From: an uncultured Anaerolineales bacterium
GTDB lineage: Bacteria; Chloroflexota; Anaerolineae; Anaerolineales; E44-bin32
Length of the DNA: 64,000 nucleotides
Assembly: GCA_965195195.1 (NCBI GenBank)
Contig: CBDAFF010000016.1
Location: forward strand, 16,980-80,979
Reading direction: 5' to 3'
Each line of letters starts with the position of its first letter. Position 1 is the first letter of the stretch. The notes under the pieces are model-generated. The model made no database searches, was not told where the DNA came from, and saw only the letters and a program-made list of their open reading frames with translations. Below are positions 48,475 to 56,749 of the stretch, piece after piece. Both the position numbers and the translations under genes were made by a program.

Positions 48475-48595
48475 GTAGGGATTAATGAGGTCCAACCAAA
48501 CAGGATAATAAATAAACCGCCCCAGTCCATACACGGTGGGAGGTCCAGCATCCGCTTCTTATCCGCGGGTGAGGATCGACTGAATCAGCTCCCAC

Positions 48596-48712
48596 TAACC
48601 TCGTTCAATCTTGCCCACGTAAACCAGGCATGTATAATCGCCTACGATGCCCGAACTGCCTGAAGTCGAAACGATTGCGAAAAACCTTCGTGAGGGGAAC
48701 GGCTCGCCGCCG
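48596..48712 (+). repeat. Copy B of the duplicated segment (functional mutM promoter and 5' end)
   Basis: See copy A for the alignment. This copy contains TTGCCC (48611-48616), a 16-nt spacer and TGTATAAT (48631-48638). Confidence 0.85.
48611..48638 (+). promoter_or_regulatory. mutM promoter (extended -10), probably giving a leaderless mRNA
   Basis: The -35-like TTGCCC is followed by a 16-nt spacer and TGnTATAAT. The ATG at 48647 is only 8 nt past the -10 box. Confidence 0.55.
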
Positions 48713-49471
48713 ATCCCCGGTCACCGCATTGTCAACTTCTCTACGGATTGGCCGCGGCACGTCGAACACCCCTCCTTTCGCACCTTCAAGAGGCGGATTA
48801 AAAACCGCGAAATCGTCGATGTGAAACGACGGGGTAAGTACCTTGTTTTTCCACTCGACCGTGAAACGCTCCTGATCCACCTGCGCATGAGCGGCGATCT
48901 ACGCCTGGCTCCCACCCAGGACCCGAAAGACCGATTCGATCACACATCATTCAACCTGGATAACGGCTGGGACCTGCGTTTCAGCGACGCCAGAAAATTC
49001 GGTCGGGTCAGCCTCCACACGGATCCCGAAGTGGTCCTGGGGCGATTAGGACCCGAGCCTCTCGCTCCAGACTTTACACATGAACAACTCGCGAATATGC
49101 TCCATGCAAGAAAACGCTGCCTGAAACCTCTCCTTCTGGATCAATCTTTCCTGGCCGGAATGGGAAACATCTACACGGACGAAGCCCTGCATCAAGCCGG
49201 TCTCCACCCGCTCAGGAGAAGTGACCGCCTTTCAAATGCCGAGGTCAAAAGACTCTGGAGGAACATTCGTGAGTCGCTCGAGATGGGCATCCGCCACAAT
49301 GGCGCCAGCATCGACTGGGTCTTTCGTGGGGGTGACTTCCAACACCATTTTCGTGTATATAAACAAGAAGGGGAACCTTGTTTTAATTGCGGCACGCAAA
49401 TCCAACGCACAGTCGTCGGGGGGCGTGGCACGCACTTCTGTCCACGCTGTCAGCCGGAGGACCAACCATGA
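48647..49471 (+). CDS. mutM: Formamidopyrimidine-DNA glycosylase
   Basis: The N-terminus is MPELPEVE, an H2TH region is present, and the C-terminal zinc finger is CFNCGTQIQRTVVGGRGTHFCPRCQ. Confidence 0.9.
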   Translation: MPELPEVETIAKNLREGNGSPPIPGHRIVNFSTDWPRHVEHPSFRTFKRRIKNREIVDVKRRGKYLVFPLDRETLLIHLRMSGDLRLAPTQDPKDRFDHTSFNLDNGWDLRFSDARKFGRVSLHTDPEVVLGRLGPEPLAPDFTHEQLANMLHARKRCLKPLLLDQSFLAGMGNIYTDEALHQAGLHPLRRSDRLSNAEVKRLWRNIRESLEMGIRHNGASIDWVFRGGDFQHHFRVYKQEGEPCFNCGTQIQRTVVGGRGTHFCPRCQPEDQP

Positions 49472-50292
49472 ACAGCCAATTGATGATCGGAGTCCTATTA
49501 ATCGCCGCAGGTATTCTTTTAGCGGTGGTCGCCTATTGGGTAATCTCAAGCGGCGGATCAGCCAAGAAGCCGGAATCCGCGGACGAGGCAAATGGTGGAG
49601 AAGAGCCCACAGCAGCGATGATGGCAACGGACGTTCCCGATCCTTTACCGTTGGACAACGAAGATATCTCCGACGACATTCCTGATCTGCCGGATGATGT
49701 TCAAGCATCAACCGAGCAGGATGATCTCGAGACGACGGATGAGATCGTTCCTGAGCAGCTCCCCATGGCGGATACTAGCTCCGAATCAGAAGTTGTAGCT
49801 AGTGACGAGGAAAAAGACGAAGAGGAGCAAGCCAGTAAACCAGATCTTGAGCCGCAAGCAGGTCCGCGGATATCCATCGCCACACTCCTTCGCGATGATG
49901 TGACTGGGCAGCTCATCGTTAAGGTCGGGGATACAGAGTATCACAACCCCGACGATCTCAGAGCATCCAACGATTGGACCCGCGTTGAATTTGCCGCATC
50001 AGACCTCCAAGCCTGGATAATAAAAGATGCACCGAGTCAGCCCATGGTCGAACTCGAGCCCGGACCTGTTGAGCCAAAACCCACGAGTATGATCGAACAA
50101 ATAAATGTCATTCTCCAGGAGAAGATCGAATCTTCAGATCGTTCTCATCTTGGCGTACGCCTGCTGGAGAGCCCCAGCGGAGCTGCACGCGTTCTAATCG
50201 GTGTGCAGAGCTATGATCTTGCTGACGTTCCGGATGAGGATATCCGACAGCTTATCCAGGAGGCGGTTGCCATCTGGGAAGCGGACCAATAA
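49468..50292 (+). CDS. Membrane-anchored protein with an acidic low-complexity linker; function unknown
   Basis: ATG 49468 overlaps the mutM stop (ATGA). It has a TM segment (LMIGVLLIAAGILLAVVAYWVI), a D/E-rich stretch and a C-terminal globular part. The track ORF starts earlier, at 49387, inside mutM. Confidence 0.55.
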   Translation: MNSQLMIGVLLIAAGILLAVVAYWVISSGGSAKKPESADEANGGEEPTAAMMATDVPDPLPLDNEDISDDIPDLPDDVQASTEQDDLETTDEIVPEQLPMADTSSESEVVASDEEKDEEEQASKPDLEPQAGPRISIATLLRDDVTGQLIVKVGDTEYHNPDDLRASNDWTRVEFAASDLQAWIIKDAPSQPMVELEPGPVEPKPTSMIEQINVILQEKIESSDRSHLGVRLLESPSGAARVLIGVQSYDLADVPDEDIRQLIQEAVAIWEADQ

Positions 50293-50296
50293 TAAA

Positions 50297-51145
50297 TCAA
50301 TCCAGATAAATCGGTGTGAGGTGCTTTCGCCCGTCTTCTTCGCCAAGACGGGCGATGGTTATTTGAGGGTCGTGCTGGAAGAAAAGCCAGGCTTCATTTT
50401 CCAATGCCCAACGCTGCCAGTGCTGTTTCGTGCGAATATTCTCCAAGGGGTAGACATCGTAAGCGGTGAGCCACGAAGTGCGCGCCATTTGAACGCCGTA
50501 GGAGGCCATATCCGCTACAAAGAGACCGCGCCAATCACCATCCTGCAAAAGGACGGATTGATGGCCGCGAGTATGCCCGGGAGTCACAACACAGTGAACA
50601 CCATCGGTCACCCTGGTGTCACCATGAAGAAGTCTAAGCCGCCCCTGCGTGAGAAGGGGTGCAAAATTTTGCCCAAAGTAAGTCCCCCGAGTTCGTGCAT
50701 CGGGATGACTTGCCTCTGCCCATTCCATCCGCTGCACCCAATACTCCGCCCGTGGGAACACCGGTCGCATTTCTCCATCGATCAACCCGGTATTCCCGGC
50801 GCAGTGGTCGGCATGCAGATGAGTATTTATCACGATATCAACATCATCTGGAGCCACACCTAAAGAAGCGAGATTCCCAATAAGCCCGCCCCCCTCTCTC
50901 TCCAATCCCCATTGCAATGCTTCATCTTCCGAGAGTTTATTCCCGAGCCCGGTGTCTATGAGAATGATCTTTCCCTGTGAACGGACCAGCAAGCAATTCA
51001 AGACCATCGGAATCAAGTTTTCAGCTGTTGGCGTTATGTGGCGCTCAAAGAGATTCCGAGGGACTAACCCAAAAGGACCGCCGGCATCTACCCAAACCGT
51101 GCCATCATGCAGGACAGCGATTTCAAGCTCACCAATCCTGTGCAT
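50297..51145 (-). CDS. MBL-fold metallo-hydrolase
   Basis: The HxHxDH motif reads THLHADHCAG. Confidence 0.8.
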   Translation of the reverse strand: MHRIGELEIAVLHDGTVWVDAGGPFGLVPRNLFERHITPTAENLIPMVLNCLLVRSQGKIILIDTGLGNKLSEDEALQWGLEREGGGLIGNLASLGVAPDDVDIVINTHLHADHCAGNTGLIDGEMRPVFPRAEYWVQRMEWAEASHPDARTRGTYFGQNFAPLLTQGRLRLLHGDTRVTDGVHCVVTPGHTRGHQSVLLQDGDWRGLFVADMASYGVQMARTSWLTAYDVYPLENIRTKQHWQRWALENEAWLFFQHDPQITIARLGEEDGRKHLTPIYLD

Positions 51146-51150
51146 AGATT

Positions 51151-52272
51151 CTACGACCTCCAGAATAAACTGACGAACTCCGACTCTAATTGGCTAACCC
51201 TGTGGGGGTCGAGAAAGGCTGCTTGAACCGCAGTTAATGCAAACCCCTTCAACGACTCTAAAGACAAGCCTAGATGGTCGACGGCGTGTTGATACTCGAG
51301 GGACAGTGTGGTGCCGAAGATTGAGGGGTCATCTGTAGTCAGAACAGTCTGCAATCCCGCCTGTACCATCTGCGGGAGTGGGTGTGCATTAAGCGAGGGG
51401 ATGACCCCGGTCAGATAATTGCTGTCTATGCTCACCTCAAATGGAATTCCTCTCTCGCGTGCCAGAGACACAACTTGCGGGTCATCCAGGACACGAATTC
51501 CATGTCCGATACGATCCGTCTCCAGCTCGAGAATTGCGTGGCGTACGTTTTCCGCGCCAGCCCACTCTCCAGCATGGATGGTCAGACCAAGTCCGGCCTG
51601 TTTCGCGCTTGCCAATATCGACTGAAATGGCTGGGCGGGAAACTCGACCTCATCACCGGCAAGATCCAACCCTACAACTCCATCGTGAATATGGTCCGCC
51701 GCAATTCGAGCTGCTTCCTCGGCGACTTCGAGCGATTCGTGGCGGTTTACACTGACAATCAACCCGACTTCAATTCCGTGTGCGGAAGCAGCTTCTGCGG
51801 CAGCGTCTATCACCCACCGCGTCACATCTTCCATATCGAAAACACCGGATTGAACCAGCGCGGCCGGGGTGAAACGCAATTCGAGATAGCGTACTTGGTC
51901 TCGTGCAGCGTCCTCAACAGCTTCAACCGTGATCCGTTGAATGATTTCCGGTGAGCGGAAGAACAGACGGATATTCGTAAATTTAGAAAGGAAATGCTCG
52001 GGGTCTTTTGGATCCCCATCGACGAGCTGTACGAGCCTTCGTAGGGATTCGATGTCTTTCGGAAGCGGCAGGGATGCCTCGTGCACAATCTCGACCATCG
52101 TCTCGAGGCGTATGGATCCCTCGAGATGACGATGGAGGTCAACCTTTGGTAGCTCCAGTACCTGCTTATCAATTATAGTGGAATGATCCTTCAATTGGCT
52201 TCCTTGCCTACCCGGGAATAGAGCAGTGGTTGAGACGTCACCTGGAAATATCTTATCCGCAGTGACCGGCAC
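51151..52272 (-). CDS. add: Adenosine deaminase family protein
   Basis: LPKVDLHRHLEGS, a later ...HAGE... and a TDDP motif are present. The start is GTG. Confidence 0.85.
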   Translation of the reverse strand: MPVTADKIFPGDVSTTALFPGRQGSQLKDHSTIIDKQVLELPKVDLHRHLEGSIRLETMVEIVHEASLPLPKDIESLRRLVQLVDGDPKDPEHFLSKFTNIRLFFRSPEIIQRITVEAVEDAARDQVRYLELRFTPAALVQSGVFDMEDVTRWVIDAAAEAASAHGIEVGLIVSVNRHESLEVAEEAARIAADHIHDGVVGLDLAGDEVEFPAQPFQSILASAKQAGLGLTIHAGEWAGAENVRHAILELETDRIGHGIRVLDDPQVVSLARERGIPFEVSIDSNYLTGVIPSLNAHPLPQMVQAGLQTVLTTDDPSIFGTTLSLEYQHAVDHLGLSLESLKGFALTAVQAAFLDPHRVSQLESEFVSLFWRS

Positions 52273-52318
52273 GGTGAGTGTACTAGCGCCGGGGTCGGTC
52301 GGTAATCTGGCTTAAGGA

Positions 52319-55300
52319 CTACTTACGTTTGCGCTTCCGTTTGCGTTTCTTGCCCGGCTTCTTGGTAGTGCTATCGGGCTTGTCATCATCAGCCACCGGC
52401 CCTCTAGGAGCAGGTGCTTGCTTTGCAGTTGTTGAAGAACTCGGTGTGGTTCGCAGCCGGAACATATGGACGACAACACCCGCCCGAATGGAAGCCAGGA
52501 GTACGTTAAAGAGGTCGAATGCCCGGCTCTTATACTGCACGAGCGGATCACGTTGACCATAGGCTTCTAAGCCTATTGAGGTCCTGAGCGCCTCCATCTG
52601 TGTGAGGTAATCCACCCACTCTCGATCGCCGACGGAAAGGAAAAGTTCTCTATGGGCACGTGCTAACGCCTGGCTTCCCAATACATTGGAGATCATCTCA
52701 CGTGCGTCCGCGGACAAGGATGAAAGTGGACCTTGCCCGGCGTATTGATCGAACGCTTCCTGCCCAAGTGCGGTTCGTAATTGATCCTGGGACCGCGATT
52801 CCAATTGATCCAACTTCGATCCGGCAAGCCGCGAGAATGCTGCGTTCCCAAGTAGTTTTTTCAAGGACTCTTGAGCGCCTTCAAGATGCCGTACAATCTG
52901 TTCTGTGAGCTCGTCCGGATCACGGTCCGCGATGAGATTAGCAGCATAGAATGGATAGGTTAGGCGGGCGACCTTAACCGATTGGCGCTGGTGTGTTTTC
53001 CGATCGAAAAAGCTGCGTTGACCATAGCTCATCTGGATCAGAAAACGGATTCTCTCCCGCGCGTCGAGCGTTGAATTTTCCCGTAGGGCATTCTGCAGAT
53101 CTGTCTCGATTTCACCTATGATCTGCCCTGAGCGAGCTTCCCATACACTCTCTATCGCGTTTTGCAGATCTTCTGATGCTTGATCCCAATCGATGGATGC
53201 TGAGACGCTTGGCTGCAGATTCAAGCTTTCCCCAATCCTGCGTTCAACCGCCTGTATCAAACCGGCCCAGATGCGTAAACCGAAACTGGCCTCTACCATC
53301 TCCTGGATTCGTCGCTGGAAACTTTGTGGATCTTCGCGCACCTGCTGTAAAGTTTTATCATCCATCTGGATGCGTAAACCTGCTGCTTGCTCGACTGCCT
53401 CCAGCAAACCGCGAGGGTCGATGTCTCTCCCCTCTTCTTCGGCTTCATAAATCGCAGCATCGACTGCCATCTCTGCGATTTCGACACGCTGCTCAATCTG
53501 GTCATCCAGACGCTCAAGGGCATTGGTCAACTGCTCGTCAACTGCTCGCTGCAAGTGAACTTTATTCGCGTCCAACGATCCTCGAGCGATTTCTAGGAGA
53601 CTCTGTTTCAATTCATCCGCTTGGGAGAACCCTTCTAATGGAGCGAGGAGCTCGCTCAACATGAAGGACGGATAGGGTTCTTCGCTCTCAAGTCCGATTG
53701 TCGGCTGGGTCTCCTCCAGCCAGGCAAGCAGCTTCCAGGGTCCCTCGGGATCGGCAAGCGCTATTTGGACATGCTCTTCAACCTCAGTGCGCAGCATCGA
53801 GGCGATATCATCGCTTAAACTGTCCTTCGTGAAGACCCGGTTGCGTTGATTGTAGAAAACTTCGCGCTGTTGATTGAGTACGTCATCATAATCGAGAAGA
53901 TGCTTCCGGGTGTCAAAATTCGCACCCTCAACCCGAGTTTGAGCTTGTTCGATCGTTCGGTTCACAATTTTATGAGCGATCGGAACTGCATCATCGATAT
54001 TGAATCGCTGCATGAGGTTCGCCACTTGTTCGCCGCCGAAAAGGCGCATTAACTCGTCTCCCAGGGAGAGGAAGAACTGCGAAGAGCCTGGATCGCCCTG
54101 CCGGCCTGCGCGACCGCGCAGCTGGTTGTCGATGCGCCGTGATTCGTGCCGCTCTGAGCCAATCACATGCAGACCGCCTACATCCCACACACGCTTGCTA
54201 TCCTCTATGAAGCGTTTCAGCTGCTCGATTTCTGCTTCGTAGATTCCAATCGCCTCTTTATCCGCCTTCTCCAATGCCTTGAGTCGCTCACCCAAACTCA
54301 TGTTCTCAGGATCCTGAACCCCGATCCGCCGCAAAACACGATTCACCGCGGCGAGGATTTCCTCTGCGATCTCGCCCCCGAGCTTGATGTCTACACCTCG
54401 CCCGGCCATATTCGTGGCGATGGTCACCGCGCCCAATGACCCTGCCCAGGCGATGATGGCTGACTCCTCATCATGCTTCTTCGCGTTCAAAACATTATGC
54501 GGAACTCCGCCCTTCAGAGCTTCAGTCAGCCTCTCGAGATCAGATGGGGCAAGTTCCAAGATCTTCAATAGCCGCTCGAGATTTTCCTCGCGGGTGGAAT
54601 TGAGCGAGATATCCAATTCACGACCGAACGGACGCAGAGTGGGGGATTTAACCTCGGGAAGCGGATGGTAGAGAGGTTTCAAAGCATCAACCCGCATACC
54701 ATCATCAGGTATATCATGCGCCTCCAAGTAAGCATCACGAAGGATCTGAACATTAGCCAGGGTTTGAAGCGCATCTGCCCGTAGGCGTGATGAGAGACGT
54801 TCTGAAAGTTCCACAGAAGTTGTACCAACGAGGAGCGGTTGCCCCAGCGTGTGCCGTCGTAAAATCTCCAGGGTAACCGCCCGAAGCTTCGCTTCTTCGG
54901 TTCGGAAAACGATATCCGGGTAATCTTTACGGCGCCAAAATATCGGGTTTTGATCCTGGTCGTCCACACGAGTGTAATAGACGAAATTGCTGCCGTTGTC
55001 AGAGTAAGCAATTTCATCCAGATCCGTATCTGGCTGCATTACGATGAATTCCAGATTGGTTGGAAGCGGGATCACATCAACATCATATATTTTGCTGAAC
55101 TCCTCGGCTTCCGTCACAGCAGTTCCCGTCATGCCCGCCAACTTATCGTACATGCGGAAGTAATTCTGCAAAGTGACCGTGGCATAAGTTACATTTTCTT
55201 GTCGAACGCGAACTCCCTCTTTGGCCTCAACTGCCTGGTGCAATCCGTCGGACCAGCGCCTGCCGGCCATCATGCGACCAGTGAATTCATCAACGATGAT

Positions 55301-56338
55301 TACGCGGCCAGCTTGAACGACGTAATCTTTATTCCGTTTGAAGAGATACTCTGCACGCAGCGCCTGCTCCAGATGCCCGAGCAATCGAGCCTGCTCCGGA
55401 GTAATGTCCTCAGGACGATCCGGATCGCGAATGGTTGTCTTGAGCAGCTGCTCGACATGGTTTTCGCCAATCTCAGTGAGCGCCACTGTCCGGTCCTTCT
55501 CGTTGGCCTCAAAATCCTCGGCGTTAAGTTGTTTAACCACTTGAGCCATCTGGACATAGAGCCCGGGATCATCATGTGATGGACCGGAGATAATCAAGGG
55601 TGTTCTGGCTTCATCGATGAGGATGTTGTCCACTTCATCGAGAATGGCGAAATAATGTCCGCGCTGCGACCGTGCTTCGAGCGTGCGGGCCATATTATCC
55701 CGCAAGTAATCGAAACCGAATTCGTTGTTGGTTCCATAGGTCACATCAGCCGAATACGCTTCTTTCCGATCGACCAGGCGCAGTTGATGGACATCCTCCT
55801 GGACAGAATCCAAGTCAGGGTCGTAGAGAAACGCCTTACGGCCATGCTCGGTTCGGGAAGCTTCTTGCAGTACCCCTACGCTCAATCCTAAAAAGTGAAA
55901 AACTGGACCCATCCAGCGGGCGTCGCGCCGCGCAAGGTAATCGTTAACGGTGACCAGATGAACACCCTGTTCTACCAAGGCGTTGAGGTATATCGGCATC
56001 GTGGCCACCAGGGTTTTCCCTTCCCCCGTCTTCATCTCGGCGATTTGACCTCGATGGAGAACGATTCCGCCGACAAGCTGGACATCGAAATGCCGCAACC
56101 CAACCGTACGAATCGCAACTTCACGTACAACCGCAAAGGCTTCAACGAGCAAGTCGTCGACAGTCTCGCCCTGCTGCAAGCGCTCCTTGAATTCGCCGGT
56201 TTTTGCTTTTAACGCCTCGTCCGGAAGAGCCTGCAATCCTGGTTCAAGAGCGTTGATCTCATCAACCATCTCGCGATAATGATCCAGTATTTTTTGGATG
56301 GGATCGCCGCTGATGGCTCTCGCAATATTCTTAAACAT
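52319..56338 (-). CDS. secA: Preprotein translocase ATPase SecA (1339 aa, expanded)
   Basis: MKTGEGKTLV, ILDEVDNILIDEARTPLIISG, TNMAGRGVDIKLGG and RIDNQLRGRAGRQGDPG are present. The C-terminus is KKPGKKRKRKRKRK. Confidence 0.93.
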   Translation of the reverse strand: MFKNIARAISGDPIQKILDHYREMVDEINALEPGLQALPDEALKAKTGEFKERLQQGETVDDLLVEAFAVVREVAIRTVGLRHFDVQLVGGIVLHRGQIAEMKTGEGKTLVATMPIYLNALVEQGVHLVTVNDYLARRDARWMGPVFHFLGLSVGVLQEASRTEHGRKAFLYDPDLDSVQEDVHQLRLVDRKEAYSADVTYGTNNEFGFDYLRDNMARTLEARSQRGHYFAILDEVDNILIDEARTPLIISGPSHDDPGLYVQMAQVVKQLNAEDFEANEKDRTVALTEIGENHVEQLLKTTIRDPDRPEDITPEQARLLGHLEQALRAEYLFKRNKDYVVQAGRVIIVDEFTGRMMAGRRWSDGLHQAVEAKEGVRVRQENVTYATVTLQNYFRMYDKLAGMTGTAVTEAEEFSKIYDVDVIPLPTNLEFIVMQPDTDLDEIAYSDNGSNFVYYTRVDDQDQNPIFWRRKDYPDIVFRTEEAKLRAVTLEILRRHTLGQPLLVGTTSVELSERLSSRLRADALQTLANVQILRDAYLEAHDIPDDGMRVDALKPLYHPLPEVKSPTLRPFGRELDISLNSTREENLERLLKILELAPSDLERLTEALKGGVPHNVLNAKKHDEESAIIAWAGSLGAVTIATNMAGRGVDIKLGGEIAEEILAAVNRVLRRIGVQDPENMSLGERLKALEKADKEAIGIYEAEIEQLKRFIEDSKRVWDVGGLHVIGSERHESRRIDNQLRGRAGRQGDPGSSQFFLSLGDELMRLFGGEQVANLMQRFNIDDAVPIAHKIVNRTIEQAQTRVEGANFDTRKHLLDYDDVLNQQREVFYNQRNRVFTKDSLSDDIASMLRTEVEEHVQIALADPEGPWKLLAWLEETQPTIGLESEEPYPSFMLSELLAPLEGFSQADELKQSLLEIARGSLDANKVHLQRAVDEQLTNALERLDDQIEQRVEIAEMAVDAAIYEAEEEGRDIDPRGLLEAVEQAAGLRIQMDDKTLQQVREDPQSFQRRIQEMVEASFGLRIWAGLIQAVERRIGESLNLQPSVSASIDWDQASEDLQNAIESVWEARSGQIIGEIETDLQNALRENSTLDARERIRFLIQMSYGQRSFFDRKTHQRQSVKVARLTYPFYAANLIADRDPDELTEQIVRHLEGAQESLKKLLGNAAFSRLAGSKLDQLESRSQDQLRTALGQEAFDQYAGQGPLSSLSADAREMISNVLGSQALARAHRELFLSVGDREWVDYLTQMEALRTSIGLEAYGQRDPLVQYKSRAFDLFNVLLASIRAGVVVHMFRLRTTPSSSTTAKQAPAPRGPVADDDKPDSTTKKPGKKRKRKRKRK

Positions 56339-56538
56339 ACTTTTTAACCTCTCCGGGCGAGATTATAGCATAGGGGTTGCCAACACTAAGGGATGGCCAC
56401 AGTGATGAGTTGTCACGCTGACACGAAGCGCATGAGGAGGCGAAGGGAACCTCAGCATGAAATCGTCCTGTCCTATTAAAGTTGAATTTCAACTGGACAC
56501 CTGCCCCTGACGCCTGTGAAGACCTGGAAACCCATCCC

Positions 56539-56566
56539 TTGACGCCTGAATGCTTGAGAATACAAT
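56539..56566 (+). promoter_or_regulatory. Promoter candidate for tRNA-Leu
   Basis: TTGACG (56539-56544), a 16-nt spacer and TACAAT (56561-56566) are present. The tRNA 5' end lies 9 nt downstream. Confidence 0.5.
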
Positions 56567-56574
56567 AGTCTCAA

Positions 56575-56661
56575 GGGGCGGTGGCGGAATTGGCAGACGC
56601 CGGGGACTTAAAATCCTCTGAGGGAAACCTCGTGTGGGTTCGACTCCCACTCGCCCCACCA
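56575..56661 (+). tRNA. tRNA-Leu (anticodon UAA), CCA encoded
   Basis: I folded the cloverleaf by hand. The acceptor is GGGGCGG/UCGCCCC. The anticodon loop is CUUAAAA. The long variable arm is GAGG-GAAA-CCUC. The T arm is GUGGG-UUCGACU-CCCAC. The discriminator is A, followed by CCA. Confidence 0.93.
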
Positions 56662-56749
56662 AATCAATTCTTGACATGCCGCACCCGAGATCGGATTCTG
56701 TGAATATATCTTGGGCAAGCGCAGTGTAACCCTTGAGCGGAGGTTGATC

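Noticed and set aside
50201-50863. 220-aa plus-strand ORF
   Set aside because: It is antisense to the MBL-fold hydrolase, which carries a clear HxHxDH motif. Its composition is Arg/Pro/Ser-rich, as is typical of GC-rich antisense frames.
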